From Octopus vulgaris (lineage: Eukaryota), in assembly GCA_951406725.2 (NCBI GenBank), contig OX597817.1:161944001-162008000 (forward strand): 64,000 bases of DNA. Reading direction: 5' to 3'. A program made the translations under genes and the position numbers. Positions 26,703-40,950 of this stretch are shown here, in pieces. The notes below the pieces were generated by a model. That model searched no databases and had not been told where the DNA came from. It saw nothing but the letters and a program-made list of their open reading frames with translations. Each line of letters begins with the position of its first letter. Positions within the stretch are counted from its first letter, which is position 1.

Positions 26703-27049
26703 TATGTCTACTATATAAAAAGAGTTGGCTCTCTCTACCGCTCGTCTCTCTCACCTAGATATCAGCAAAAAGACTTCAAGTTACTCTGGCTTAAAAACTT
26801 ACTACGTCGTTCGTCTAAATCGGTGGTTGTCAACTGGGGTCCATATAAAATTCTGTTGTTAAATTTTATGAGCAATAAATTGGTTATACTGCTACATTAC
26901 ACAAAGTATTTTAATGACTGAAACAAGTAAAAGAATAAAGGAATACAATTCCTAACAATCTTTAATTATAAATATATTATAGGACTTTTTTTTAACATTC
27001 AGTCGACGAAAATGGGAGTCAATGGGATCTATAGAGAAAAACTTTGTTG

Positions 27050-27562
27050 AGAGCCATTGCTCTAAATTCTCTTGTCTTCTTTACCGCTCTTCTAATTCTT
27101 CTACCCAACGGCAGCTATTCTCCTATCTCTTTCGACTTGCACTATATCTGTTTCGCGAATAGTCATCCTCAGTTACGTCAACGTTTACAACTCCACTTGG
27201 TTTTTGCACTCCTCCTGCATGGATGATTGTTGTCCGAAAAAACAAACCCAAATCTTTCGCCTTTGCGACTGCCTACAACAGTAAGTCTTATCGCCACGAC
27301 ACATCTCTCAGCAGTGCACAATTTTCCAAATTATAACTGTCTCTGCCGTTACTTCATCTGACCAATATCCAATTAATGTTTTTCCTGCACAACCAACCAC
27401 ATACTACAAAGCACAGCCCCGAACCATCAGTACCTTTATGAATATTTTAGCTTAATTTACATATCTCTGTCAGTTTTATACTGGTGTCAAAAAGCCACCA
27501 CTTGACCCGTTCGAGGCTGAAAAGCGGGTAACTGAAACCATCCTCTTAGATTTTTCTTTCCA

Positions 27563-27629
<67 letters not shown>

Positions 27630-27960
27630 CACATACACTCACACACACGATCAGCTTCCTTCAGCTTCTGTCCACCAAATCCAATCACAAGGCTTTTAGT
27701 CAGACCGTGATTATAGTAGAAGACACTTGCCCAAGGTGACACGCAATGGGACTGAACCCGGAACCATTTGGTCGGGAAGCAAACTTCTTACCACACAGCC
27801 AAACATCCTCAACCAGATCCAAAAGAAATCCATTTCACGAATTAAAAAAAAAAAACACTCTCATCGACACACTACTCTTTCCGACCTACAGACTTGCCGT
27901 CTCCTCTCTTGGCCGCTTCCAACACTCCCATAATGGCCCTTATTTCTCTCAACAAGGAAG
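27050..27960 (+). mobile_element. Highly decayed L2/CR1-group LINE RT remnant, interrupted by (CT)n and a SINE B half
   Basis: GSYSPISF resembles NYRPISL; NILNQIQKKSI resembles LDRIQKKAI; RLAVSSLGRFQHSHNG resembles HRRAVSSLSLFYRYYNG. Confidence 0.45.
27650..27800 (-). mobile_element. SINE B, 5' half
   Basis: Family match. Confidence 0.8.
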
Positions 27961-28280
27961 CTACATACCATCTCTCTCTCAACAACCAGAGCAAAACAAT
28001 AACATGAGAATTTGCTGACAATATACCACTTTCAGCTGAAGCTAAATTTTCTCATCCTTTTATCATTATTATCTTTTCATCGCCTCTACTAATATTTTAC
28101 AAGCATATTTAAGTTATATTAACATATTATTATGTTAATATATTCATTTGGTAGCATATTCAGATATGTTAATATGTTAACTCAACAAGTGTGTTATTAT
28201 GTTAGTATATTAACATATGTTAATAAGTTAGCAACAATGACAAGAGTAACAACAGCAGCAGTAGCAGCAGCAGCAGCAGC

Positions 28281-28335
<55 letters not shown>

Positions 28336-28354
28336 ACAACAACAAACAACAATG

Positions 28355-28528
28355 ATAATAATCCTTTCTACTATAGGCACAAGGCCCGAAATTTGGGGAA
28401 GGGGAATTACATTGACCCCCCAGTACTCAACTGGTACTTATTTCATCGACTTCGAAGGATGAAAGTCAAAGTCGACCTCGGCAGAATTTGATCTCAGAAC
28501 ATGATGACGGACAAAATACCGCCAAGCA
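28355..28528 (-). mobile_element. SINE A (A2 tail)
   Basis: Family match. Confidence 0.8.
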
Positions 28529-28544
28529 TTATTATTATTATTAT

Positions 28545-29210
<666 letters not shown>

Positions 29211-29455
29211 GTGTGTGTATATATATGTATATATATATAGTTTATGAGGGGTAACGGTGTCATTGAGACCCAAAGGTGTAAGGTAATGCTGAATAAGTGC
29301 TATATAAGTGCTGAATAAGACCATAGTTAAGTTCCAGGTTCGGTGATGATACGAATAAGGGCCATATGTCAGCGTGTGTATATAATTTTTTTCCCGTAAT
29401 GAGATTAAAAAAAAAAACAAGGCTGTGTAGATTTTAGAACATTTATGGATAGAAG

Positions 29456-29503
29456 GTCTTACAGCTGTTTCAAGGATATTTATTATATTCCTTCATCGGA
29501 GAC
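29456..29503 (-). ncRNA. Putative minimal type I hammerhead ribozyme
   Basis: GUCU-CCGAUGA-AGGAAUAUAAUAAAUAUCCUU-GAA-ACAGCUGU-A-AGAC. Confidence 0.65.
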
Positions 29504-29790
29504 GGTGTGAGAGGATGGTTAAGAAATAGTTAATTTAGATAAGATACAAAATAGAGAGTGAGGTGGAGGAAAGAAAAGAAAATAGATGTGATATATGTAG
29601 GGATATTGTATTTGTAGATCCATTATTTAGGCAGAATGGTATACATATATGATTCCAATACCTTATGAGTAAAATCTAATAGTATTTAAAATTGGTCATT
29701 CCAAGTATAGAGTTTATACACAGTATTATTGAATCAAGGGTTTTTGTTATCTTATCTAAATTAACTATTTCTTAACCATCCTCTCACACC

Positions 29791-29838
29791 ATCTCCGATG
29801 AAGGGATATAATAAATACCCTGGAAACAGCTGTAAGAC
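29791..29838 (+). ncRNA. Putative minimal type I hammerhead ribozyme
   Basis: AUCU-CCGAUGA-AGGGAUAUAAUAAAUACCCUG-GAA-ACAGCUGU-A-AGAC. Confidence 0.6.
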
Positions 29839-29909
29839 CTATCTATAAATGTTCTAAAATCTACACAGCCTTGGTTTTTTGTCTCATTACGGAAAAAATT
29901 ATATATATA

Positions 29910-30298
29910 CTAGCAGTATCGCCCGGCGTTGCTCGGGTTTGTTTCGACCCGCTGGAATTGGAATTTTTGAAAAGTAAAAATTTTGCATTATGTAGCTTCT
30001 TATTCTCTTTAAGTGAACATTTTTCTGGTTGAAATACACCGAAAAGTGGCGACACAGCAGTGAAAAAATCATAAAAAATAGGGATTTTCATAGAAAAAGG
30101 CACTTTTTTGATGTAAATAATTTTTGGTGTTAACATGGTCCGATTTGAATTTTATTTCCTACGGAAGGAAGAGCAACCCTTCTTCTATCATACTCTCAAT
30201 TTTGGTCAACTTGCGCCGCAGGGTCTCGGAGGAGATAGTGTTAGTTGAAGGCTACCAAACCTGCCATACTCGGACAACTTCAGCTTTATATAGAGAGA
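29910..30298 (-). mobile_element. Non-autonomous Helitron
   Basis: Minus strand reads A|TC...CCCGAGCAACGCCGGG hairpin...CTAG|T, the canonical Helitron ends at an AT target. Confidence 0.8.
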
Positions 30299-31649
30299 TA
30301 ACACACACATTAATACACATACATACACACACACACACACACATGTATGTATGTATGGATGTATGTATGTATATATGTACATCTGTCCACTTCTTGCCAT
30401 ATTCTTATCCTTCACTTCCAACACACACACCCGCACACATACACACACACACACCTTCTTAGCTTACAATTTCTTTCTTTCAACAATTGACAACTGAAGT
30501 ACGCTCGCCAATGAATACTACAAAAAGTTAGCGACAGATCTCTGTTTCCTTTTTTTTTTTTTTTTGAGGATTGGTTTAAGCATTAATAAGAGAAAGTAGC
30601 AGAATGTGTGATGTTGAATAAGAGTTGCAGAAAGAGGATATGATAGTGGTATACACTTGTAAAGAGAAAGTAGGAGAAAGTGTGGTAATAGCAGGAGTAA
30701 AGCATTTGAAATGAGAGAGGCAAATGGTAAAATATTGAGTTTTCTCGAATTTTTGCTTAATTGGGGGGGGAAATTGAAAAAAATGTATATGCCATGACCC
30801 AATCGAATCTACTTCGAAAAATCATAGGTAAATTCCAATTGAAGAAATTCTATATTGTACAATTGTATTAAAAACAAACTATTACTTCCGCCTCTTGAGC
30901 ATGTGTCATAATTACCAAATAGAAATTAAGACCAGATCCATTTGAGAAGTGGGGGATAATCTCATGAATCAAGAATTCTTTTAAGCTGACATGTAATCAA
31001 GGAAAACGACAAGCTTATTGTCTGGAGATAAGTCATGGTGACATGTTTCTGCCTCTATAAACAATCGTCAGCACGACAGTTGTCCTACATTATCTCCTGT
31101 AGCCAAGGGAGTTAGACGTATATAAAAAGGAGTAGTGTACATTTATGGCTTACTTAATTTGCATAATTTAAACAAAATCAAGCTAAGACAAATGACACAA
31201 AATGACAGACGACTACATACATGCATACATACACACATACATTCATACATACACACATACATACACACACACACATACATACACACACACATACATACAT
31301 ACATACATACATACATACATACATACACATGTACGTACGTACATACATACATACATACATACACATGTACGTACGTACATACATACTTTGTGATGGCGTC
31401 TACGTCACAGCTGTAACCACATATTGGTGTGGCGATATTTTGTGTCAGTGAGTTCCTGGAATACTGACGGCCTCACTCTCTCTGGTATGTGTGAGTGCGT
31501 AGGTGCGCGTGAGCAAGTGTGTATGTGTTTGCATGTATATGTGAATATATATATATGAACACCCACACACACACGTGTGTGTGTGTGTATTTGCGTTTTC
31601 AAGGTCGTAGCTCAGCATGTCTGCACTCAAATCACTAAAACAAATAAAA

Positions 31650-32418
<769 letters not shown>

Positions 32419-32453
32419 GGGCAAGTATTTTCTACTATATATATGTGAGTGTA

Positions 32454-32543
<90 letters not shown>

Positions 32544-32589
32544 CATGCATATATACATGCATACATGTACGTGAAAATATAAATGTATG

Positions 32590-32625
<36 letters not shown>

Positions 32626-33648
32626 TAGATAGACAGACAGACAGATAGATAGATAGATAGACAGACAGATAGACAGACAGACAGACAGACAGACATGTGC
32701 ATGTATTTATGTATAGATATATGAAATACTCCCACACACATACAATATAAATGGATATGCAATATATATATACATACACACATATTTGTATTCATACATG
32801 CGTGTTGATAAAGGTAGAGAAATACAGACAAATCAGCCAGAAAAGACAAACAGACAGACGTAAGAACAGGCGAATGTATGTTATTCATCTACACCCTATC
32901 CCCCCCCCCCAAACCCCACCACTCCAATACCACCACTACCACCGCTGCCACCACTACCACCACTGCCACCACTGCCGTTGTCCACCATGATATTCATTCC
33001 TTTAATATAGGTCATCTGACTGACGTGTATTTATAGCCGGGCAAACCCTAACTAGCCAGACAGGCGGCGTCCGGTTAGATACGAGGATGACGGGCTGACA
33101 GTCAATCGCTCGTGTGAATAGTCCTACAGAACGCCTAACTGACTGACAGGATGGCTGGCAAGCTGGTTGTGTGTCTGGTTGTGTGTCTGGTTCACTGGTT
33201 CGGCCGGCTAGCTGGCTGGCTGGCTGCCTGGCCGGTTTGTTGGCCCGGTTGGCTTAATGTCTGACTGGATGGACGAATTTTAAAGATGTCTGGGTGGTGG
33301 TGGGGTAATAGATGCTTAGATAACTTGATGGCGAGATTAAGGAATGGCTAGGTGATTAGAAGACTTGAAGGTCAGAAAAATGGACGGTTAGATAACTTGA
33401 AGTGCTGGATGGATGGTTCGCTGGATGATTTGATAGATAACTGGACAGCCATGCTTGCTGGCTGACTGACTAAATGGGAAGATAAATGACCGAACAGATG
33501 GATAAATGGATAGATCGACAGATTGATAGATGGATGGAAGTGAACAGTCTTCTGCTAGTCTTGTATTATATATATCGGGACTATGAGACTGTCTGACATA
33601 CAGAAAATTCTACGTTCCACTCCTTAATGTAAAGTTACTCCATATATA

Positions 33649-33960
33649 CACCTTCTCCTCGACTTGCGACCGATTTCCGTACCGACTGACAGGTCGTAAG
33701 TCGATCTGGTCGTATGCCGGGTTTATATTTTTCAACACTTCATTTAAACGCAGCTGATGCTTGAAAGCGACTGAGTGAAGGACAATGAATGGCAGGCAGT
33801 GGATGCCTGGGTCTGAGAGAGGCCTGCGTTGTCAGATGCTGCCATAGTTATCGTACGCGCAACTGCCCAACGTCCGAAAATCGTTTTTATTTATTTATTG
33901 ATTGTAGTCGTAACTGCGGATGGTCGTAAGATGCATAGGTCGTTAGTCGAGGAGAATGTA
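33649..33960. mobile_element. Tigger/pogo-like MITE
   Basis: TA|CACCTTCTCCTCGACTTGCGACC ... GGTCGTTAGTCGAGGAGAATGTA; internal ggtcgtaag subrepeats. Confidence 0.7.
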
Positions 33961-33968
33961 TGTATATA

Positions 33969-34210
33969 CAGGGTTGGCCCAAAGTCACCCGACAGTAGAT
34001 CAAACTTCCATAAACACCTGATATTCAATTTTATTTATTCATTCCAGTTATGAATGTTTAATAATTGAATGCTGTGAGTTAAAATCGCCATTTTTTTTTC
34101 TCAACACTTGTCTATTTATTAGCCAAGTCTCATATAAAATAATTTTTTTGTTTTAGTCTTGGAATTAAATGGGTTTTGATTTACTGTCAGGTGACTTTGG
34201 GCCAACCCTT
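33969..34210. mobile_element. Tc1/mariner MITE (242 bp)
   Basis: TA|CAGGGTTGGCCCAAAGTCACCCGACAGTA ... TACTGTCAGGTGACTTTGGGCCAACCCTT|TA. Confidence 0.88.
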
Positions 34211-34390
34211 TATCTGCTTCTCTCATAGAAAATACTATTACTATACATGGATTTTCTTCTAACTGTAAACAGAATTTGACATCGACAATATGACTACATA
34301 CGCACGAATGCAAAACAAGTTGAAAAAAATAGTACTCGAATACCGAAGGTAGAGTAATATGCATTTATTAAAGCTGCAAAAATCTTCAAG

Positions 34391-34712
34391 GGCGTTGGCG
34401 TGGCTGTGTGGTTAGAAGCTTGCTTCCCAACCACATGGTTCCGGGATCAGTCCCACTGCGTGGTACCTTGGGCAACACAGTCTTCTACTATATCCCCGGG
34501 CCGACCAAAACCTCGTGAATGAATTTGTTAGATGGAAATTGAAAGTAGTCCGTCATATATATATATATATTTATTTATTTATATATATATACATACACAT
34601 GTATATATATCTATGTCTTTGTATCTGTGTTTGTCCCCCACCACCGCTTGACAACCGATGTTGGTGTATTTACGTCCTCGTAACTTAGCGATTCGGCAAA
34701 AGACACCGATAG
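34391..34712 (+). mobile_element. SINE B, 3'-truncated
   Basis: Family match. Confidence 0.85.
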
Positions 34713-34744
34713 ACACACGATGCATTTTTTGTGTTATAATACAG

Positions 34745-34892
34745 ATTTCTAGAGGCTAAATATAGAGGGGGGCAAATAAAGACAGACAAAGGGATTAAGT
34801 CGATTACATCGACCCCAGTACGCAACTGGTACTTAATTTATCGACCTCGAAAGGATGAAAGGCAAAGTCAACCTCCGTGGAATTTGAACTCA
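34745..34892 (-). mobile_element. SINE A fragment
   Basis: Family match. Confidence 0.8.
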
Positions 34893-34999
34893 CCTGTGTG
34901 AATATATACCTCGCTTCTCAGTCGGTAACTTCAAGCACTGGTAAAAAAAAGGGTGATCCTCACACGATTCATCTTTTGTGTTATAATACAGATTTCTAC

Positions 35000-35380
35000 A
35001 AAATTTTGTCCAAGTCTTTTATCATTTTTACCAAGCAAGTAAATGGTATTGTTTTTCTTAGTAATCAGCTTTTCTTCCAATTTTTTAAAACTCTCTGTTG
35101 TTCCCTATCTTTATTTATATCGTCTATGAGCCTTGTTTCCCTTTTGGCTGCCTTTATTTTGCAAGTTTTTACATATCCTATGTTACCTGTACCGTTATAC
35201 TGTCTTGCTTCACCTATAGGCTTGCTAGCCTCATGCCACCATTACCAAGGTTCACCAAAATCAAGTGTCACCCCGTTTTTCTTTACCCATATTGTGTCTA
35301 TTCCTTCCTAGGCCTCGCACAACCACCATATCCAATGCTTCTTTTCCAGAACGAATAATCCTCCCTAGCCAACATTTTCC
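35000..35380 (-). mobile_element. Possible decayed LINE EN-RT linker remnant
   Basis: PW*WWHEASKPIGEARQY..KIKAAKRE resembles the WWNEEV..AIKEKR..KKAAKR linker. Confidence 0.35.
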
Positions 35381-35579
35381 CTTGAGTTCATCAACTTGTA
35401 GTTCGAGGACATAAACCACATCGATTTATCTCAAAGGGTCAGTGACGGACATGGGCAAAGACCCTTTCTCCAGACCAAAAGGAAAAAAAGGTCAAATATT
35501 TAGGCGTTGAGGAAAAACAGTAGTTGTAATGAATATAATTTTCTTTTCCGACAAGTTCGGTAATGCTTCGGTCTAATTA

Positions 35580-36276
35580 CCGTAAATCCTCGAGTATAGT
35601 CTGCCCTTGAGTATAATACGCAGGGGATTTTTAGGAGGCTGTACCTCTGAAAAACCTAAACCTTGTGTATAATACGCACCCCTTCTCTAACTTGAGTCAA
35701 GGAGGTCTATATAATGTCCTTGGTTTGTAAAAATGTATACGGTAACGTCCTTTATTATTATTGTGTATATAACATAATGCAAACGTGCAGCTTTTTTGTA
35801 CATTTTGTTTGCAGAAAATAAAGAAATTAAGTGTCAAGACTATTGAAAAGGTTGCAAGACGCAACGAAAATTTTAGGAAAATAAAAATAAGAAATAAGTG
35901 GAAATTTTACCGGTGAGTGTGTTACATTATAAGGAACAAAAAGAAAATAACTCTCCCCAGACACAACAGAATATGCTTCAACATACGAACTCACATAAAG
36001 AATCTTGCAAACCAAATCCAAAAACGAAATATAAAAGAAATAAGAGAAATAACGTTTAATAAATGTTGCTAACTGCAAGTTATGGATGATTTAAGGTATT
36101 TTCGCGCCCGACATCACAAAATGCGTCTGAATAAACATTGCAGGACAGCAAATAGAGACTCGGACATTACTTAGAGAATAATTTTCATTTTTAACTTCGT
36201 ATATAGTACGCACTAGGGATTTTGAGCTTTAAATTTTGGGGGGGAAAAAATGCGGATTATACTCGAGGATTTACGG
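35580..36276. mobile_element. pogo/Tigger-like MITE, longer variant of 8382-8902
   Basis: Same TIRs and TA TSD; ~220 bp of extra internal sequence. Confidence 0.9.
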
Positions 36277-36973
36277 TATGACCTCATTACTGAAGTCTAG
36301 CCTGAACTCTGCTCCCCAAAGTAGTGATGGGAAGATTGCGAGTAACTACACAAGATTGTAAATGGATTAGTGTAAAAGAAAATTGAATTGTTTAGAGAAT
36401 AAACAATTCTGGAGCGTCGTTTGTATGAAACATAAATATTTTAATTAATGTTAGCATATATAATGAAAGGAACAGTAAAAAATAATTAAAAAATCACAAT
36501 TAATGAGAAATAATTAAACAACGATATAAATGTGTTGGAATAAAATGACAAGATGCTTACATGTGAAACAACTTCGTTCAAAAATCAGATCGATCAAGTA
36601 TGACCAGCGGCTAAACAACCGCAATGGTATAATAACACAGTTTTTACAAATAATTCCGTTTACATAGATAAAAACCTAACATACAACCATTTTCTGACGT
36701 AGCACTGATTTCTAACACAGCCCAACAACAACATTTTCTGTTAAAAAAAAAAAACATTGTTTTCAAACGCATTTGTGATTCGCATCTTCTAAATTCAATT
36801 CGTTATTATATCTATAACAAACAAATTCAACGAACGTGAGCAATGTAGGTGTTCAGAGAACATCAGATTTTCCGGGAAGATACACTTGTAAAGTACTAAC
36901 AACGCTTGACACAGCTTATGTTCGACAATCGGGAGGGAGCTGAAGCACTGAGAGCAATGTTTTACAGTTTACT

Positions 36974-37445
36974 ACCTATTTCTTTACTACCCACAAGGGA
37001 CTAAACACAGAGGGGACAAACAAGGACAGACAAACGGATTAAGTCGATTACATCGACCCCAGTAGGCGGCGAGCTGGCAGAAACGTTAGCGCGCCGGGCG
37101 AAATGCGTAGCCGTATTTCGTCTGTCGTTACGTTCTGAGTTCAAATTCCACCGAGGTCGACTTTGCCTTTCATCCTTTCAGGGTCGATAAACTAAGTACC
37201 AGTTTCGCACTGGGGTCGATGTAATCGACTTAATCCCTTTGTCTGTCCTTGTTTGTCCCATCTATGTTTAGTCCCTTGTGGGTAGTAAAGAAACATATAT
37301 AGACCCCAGTGCGTAACTGGTACTTATTTAATCGACCCCGAAAGGATGAAAGGCAAAGTCGACCTCGGCGGAATTTGAACTCAGAACGTAACGGCAGACG
37401 AAATACTGCTAAGCAGCTCGCCCGGCGTGCTAACGTTTCTGCCAC
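36974..37445 (-). mobile_element. SINE A interrupted by an antisense SINE A
   Basis: Halves at 36974-37063 and 37302-37445. Confidence 0.88.
37064..37301 (+). mobile_element. Full SINE A nested in SINE A, TSD gaccccagt
   Basis: TSD at 37055-37063 and 37302-37310. Confidence 0.92.
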
Positions 37446-37449
37446 CGTG

Positions 37450-37732
37450 ATCATCAGACGAAATGTCGTAGCCGGCGTAAACTCATATCCGTGTAGTAGA
37501 TCTTCAGCCAGCGATTGAGCCTCTTCGCTTTGATGGCTTCGAAGAGTGCTGGTGCCTGAGGATGGTAAAGAAGAGCCGAGGGCATTTATTGCAGGGGAAA
37601 ATTGGTAGGGAACGAGGAAGTGCGAGTCGGTCTTTGCGTCTCCAACGCTTGATATCTGGCGTCTGTATCCCTAATAGTGTATCCTTAGGAGTGTGTCCCT
37701 AATTGTACAGTCACGTGCTTTTCTCTTGTCAC
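37450..37732 (-). mobile_element. Possible solo LTR remnant
   Basis: Minus strand starts TGTGACA and contains AATAAA; GC-richer than its flanks. No partner LTR or TSD confirmed. Confidence 0.3.
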
Positions 37733-38129
37733 AATGAAAGTAGGGGCTAATAGTTTTCGTAGCTTTGAATGATCGAAAAACAACTTTGCCTTTTTATCAT
37801 GTCAGGGTCCATAAATGCCGAAGTCAGTTTTGGCTTTCATCCATTCGGAGTTGTTAAATAAAACCCTAGTTTAGGGCAGGATATTAGTAGAGTCATCAAT
37901 GTATCGGTCGAAATGCACGGTAGCATTTGTTCAAGTTCTTTGCGTTCTTGGTTTAAACCGGTGATAAACTAAACTTATCCAAGAACAAAAAAAATTCTTA
38001 AAACATGAGTTTCAACTTAATGAATAAAATATGCAAATAGAGTATTTCCCCTGAGTGTTGCATAACAACATCAAGGTTAAAGTTACCATTAGTTTGAACT
38101 AAATGGAAAGCTCTACACGTAACCGTCGG

Positions 38130-38358
38130 TGGCAGAAACGTTAGCACGCCGGGCGAAATGCGTAGCCGTATTTCGTCTGCCGTTACGTTCTGAGTTCAAA
38201 TTCCGCCGAGGTCGACTTTGCCTTTCATCCTTTCGGGGTCGATCAAATAAGTACCAGTTACGCACTGGGGTCGATGCAATCGACTTAATCCGTTTGTCTG
38301 TCCTTGTTTGTTCCCTCTATGTTTAGCCCCTTGTGAGCAATAAAGAAATATATACATA
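38130..38358 (+). mobile_element. SINE A with TSD taaccgtcgg
   Basis: TSD at 38120-38129 and 38359-38368. Confidence 0.92.
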
Positions 38359-38688
38359 TAACCGTCGGGATTAAATCGCTGAATTGTTTTGATTTAATTT
38401 AAATATAAGATCGGTATTGGTTTGAGAATAGGCGGTGCAGGAGGTGGAAGTGCATCCCCCACTCTTTTTTTTTTTTTTTTTTGAGTGATTGGGTGTGGCA
38501 ATAAAAATGCTTTGAAAATCCTCCTGAAAAACTTCATCTCCAAAACGAATGAACGTAGAAACATTTCTGGACTGACTTGACACATTATTTTTTCCATTAT
38601 TGAATTTGATTTGATGTATGTACAAATATTTGCAACCCTCAAGCAAATTTCCTTCCTTGCACTTATGAAATCACCAGAGAGGAGTTAA

Positions 38689-38901
38689 CCCTTTGAACCT
38701 GCGACTACGATTTAGCAAGTGCGGTTTCGCTTAACTACAGCCTTGGTTGCCGCATGGTTTTGTATGTATGGCCGAAGATAACGATGTTTCTATCAATTAG
38801 CGAGCCAAAAGCAAACACACAACAACGTGGTCACCTGCTTTTGCATCTTCCAAGGGTATAATGAAACGAAATCACTTTAAGATATTCGCGGCATTAACGG
38901 A
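38689..38901. mobile_element. Possible piggyBac-like MITE
   Basis: TTAA flanks; degenerate TIRs ccctttgaacctgcga / tcgcggcattaacgga. Confidence 0.35.
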
Positions 38902-38954
38902 TTAAACCTGTCACTTGTTAAACATTAACATAATTCATTCTTAAGTAATCTTAT

Positions 38955-39150
38955 AAGCTGGCAGAATAGTTAGCACGCCGGACAAGACGTTCAGCTTTAT
39001 ATGTTTTGAGTTCAAACTCCACTGTGGTCGACTTCGCTGTTCATCCTTTGTAGGTCGATGAAATAAGTACCGGTTGAGCACTGGGGTCGATGTAACCAAC
39101 TTACCCACTCTTCTCAAAAACATTGATGGCTTTGTGCTAAAATTAGAAAA
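38955..39150 (+). mobile_element. SINE A, diverged
   Basis: Family match. Confidence 0.7.
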
Positions 39151-39759
39151 AAAATTTAACTCATAAGTATAAAAAGATTTTTAAATATCCTCCTTTAGAT
39201 TAAAAATTTGAGATCTGAAAACATAAAATAAGAAATATTTTGAAATGTTTTATCCAAACACGGGAATATTTTGAATTTAGAAGAAGAAAAAAACTTAAAC
39301 AGGAAGAGGTTACTTTTAAAGCGGAAATACTTGATTTACATTTGTGATAAAGTCATTAGCAACTCCACACCAGCAGACCTAACGCTAAGACTTTAGGAGA
39401 AGGACGGAAATACATATTCGGGTAGAGACGGAATAGAAAGCAACACAAGCCTTAATTAAGACCTCTGTTGATATACTAAGACAAATTGTTGACACGTTCC
39501 TCAATACAGTTAAACTTTCAAAGACTATATCACCTTACATCATTTCCTCCTCTCTCTCCCCTCCTTGTTTTTCTTCACCCTTCTTCTTCTTTTCCTTCTT
39601 TTTCTTCTCCCCACTCCTTGTTCTTTTCCCCTACTCCTCTACCACCACCTTTTCTATTCTTCCTCCACTTTCTTCTTTTTTTTTCTTCTTCTTCTTCTTT
39701 TTCTTCTTCTTCTTCTTCTTCTTCTTCTTCCCCTCCTCCTCCTCCTCCTCTTTCTTCGT

Positions 39760-39990
39760 TTTGGTCATTCAACTATGGCCATGCTTGGGCACCATCTTGA
39801 ACGATTTTCATCCAGCATAACTGACTCCAGTACTTGTGTGATTTTAAAAAGTCTGGTACTTATTCTATCAGTCATTTTTGCCGAGCCACTAAGCTGCAGG
39901 AACATAAATGAACTAACACCGGTTGTCGAATGATATGGTTGGAAAGACAAACACAGTTACGAAGACAAACACGCACATACACATGGCTGT
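39760..39990 (-). mobile_element. SINE B 3' half, diverged
   Basis: Family match. Confidence 0.65.
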
Positions 39991-40084
39991 GAACATACAT
40001 ATATATACATACATACATTTATACATACATACATATATATATTGATATCATATTTTGACCCAACGCCATAAATTTTGAAATCCG

Positions 40085-40410
40085 TAAACTTAGCCTTTCA
40101 TCCGTGCAGGGTCAATAAAATAAATACCAGCCGAACACCGGAGTTGATGTAAACGACAAGACCCCTCTCCCTAACATTTCAGACATTGTGTTTATAGTAC
40201 AAAGACTTACTCATTTTATTAAAGTGGCGAACCGGCAGAATCATTAGCGCCTTCAGACAAAATATTTAGCGGCATTTCTACCGAATCCGTTCTGAGTCGA
40301 CTTTGCTTTTCATCTTTTCAAAGTTGATAAAATAAAGTACCAGTGAAATACTGGTTTCGATGAAACTGTCTAAGTACCTTCCCTCAAAATTGTCAGCCTT
40401 GCGCCTCAGT
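40085..40410 (+). mobile_element. Two diverged SINE A (A2) copies
   Basis: gcctttcatcc..aaataccag and ggcagaatcattagc..aaagtaccag. Confidence 0.6.
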
Positions 40411-40501
40411 ATCTTTACTTTAGCATTCTCGATTAGTCCTGAGGTTTGCTTGTATGCTGTATCCAATCTAGACATTCTTACGACATTATCGTATTTTCTT
40501 T

Positions 40502-40950
40502 AAGGCATCGAGCTGGCAGAAACGTTAGCACGCCGGGTGAATACTTGACGATATTTCGTCTGCCGCTACGTTCTGAGTTCAAATTCCGCCGAAGTCGACT
40601 TTGCCTTTCATCCTTTCGGAGTCGATAAATTAAGTACCAGTTTCGTACTGGTGTCGATCTAATCGACTGCCCCCTCTCCCCAAATTTCGGCCCTGTGCCT
40701 AGAGTAGAAAGATTATCGTGCTTTCTTTAAGGCGGCGAGCTGGCAGAAACGTTAGCACGCCGGGTGAAATACTTGACGATATTTCGTCTGCCGCTACGTT
40801 CTGAGTTCAAATTCCGCCGCGGTCGACTTTGCCTTTCATCCTTTCGGGGTCGATTAAATAAGTACCAGTTGCGTACTGGGGTCGATCTAATCGACTGGTA
40901 CCCCTGCCCCAAAATATTAGGCCTTGTGCCTAGAATAGAAAATATTATCG
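40502..40950 (+). mobile_element. Head-to-tail dimer of complete SINE A (A2)
   Basis: Both copies share the private variant tacttgacgatatttcg; attatcgt..tcttt recurs three times. Confidence 0.88.

Larger units (their letters stand above)
29379..29906. mobile_element. Fold-back element, ~170-bp arms and ~190-bp spacer, one HHR per strand
   Basis: 29379-29551 vs 29741-29906 are near reverse complements; short TA runs at both ends. Confidence 0.85.
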
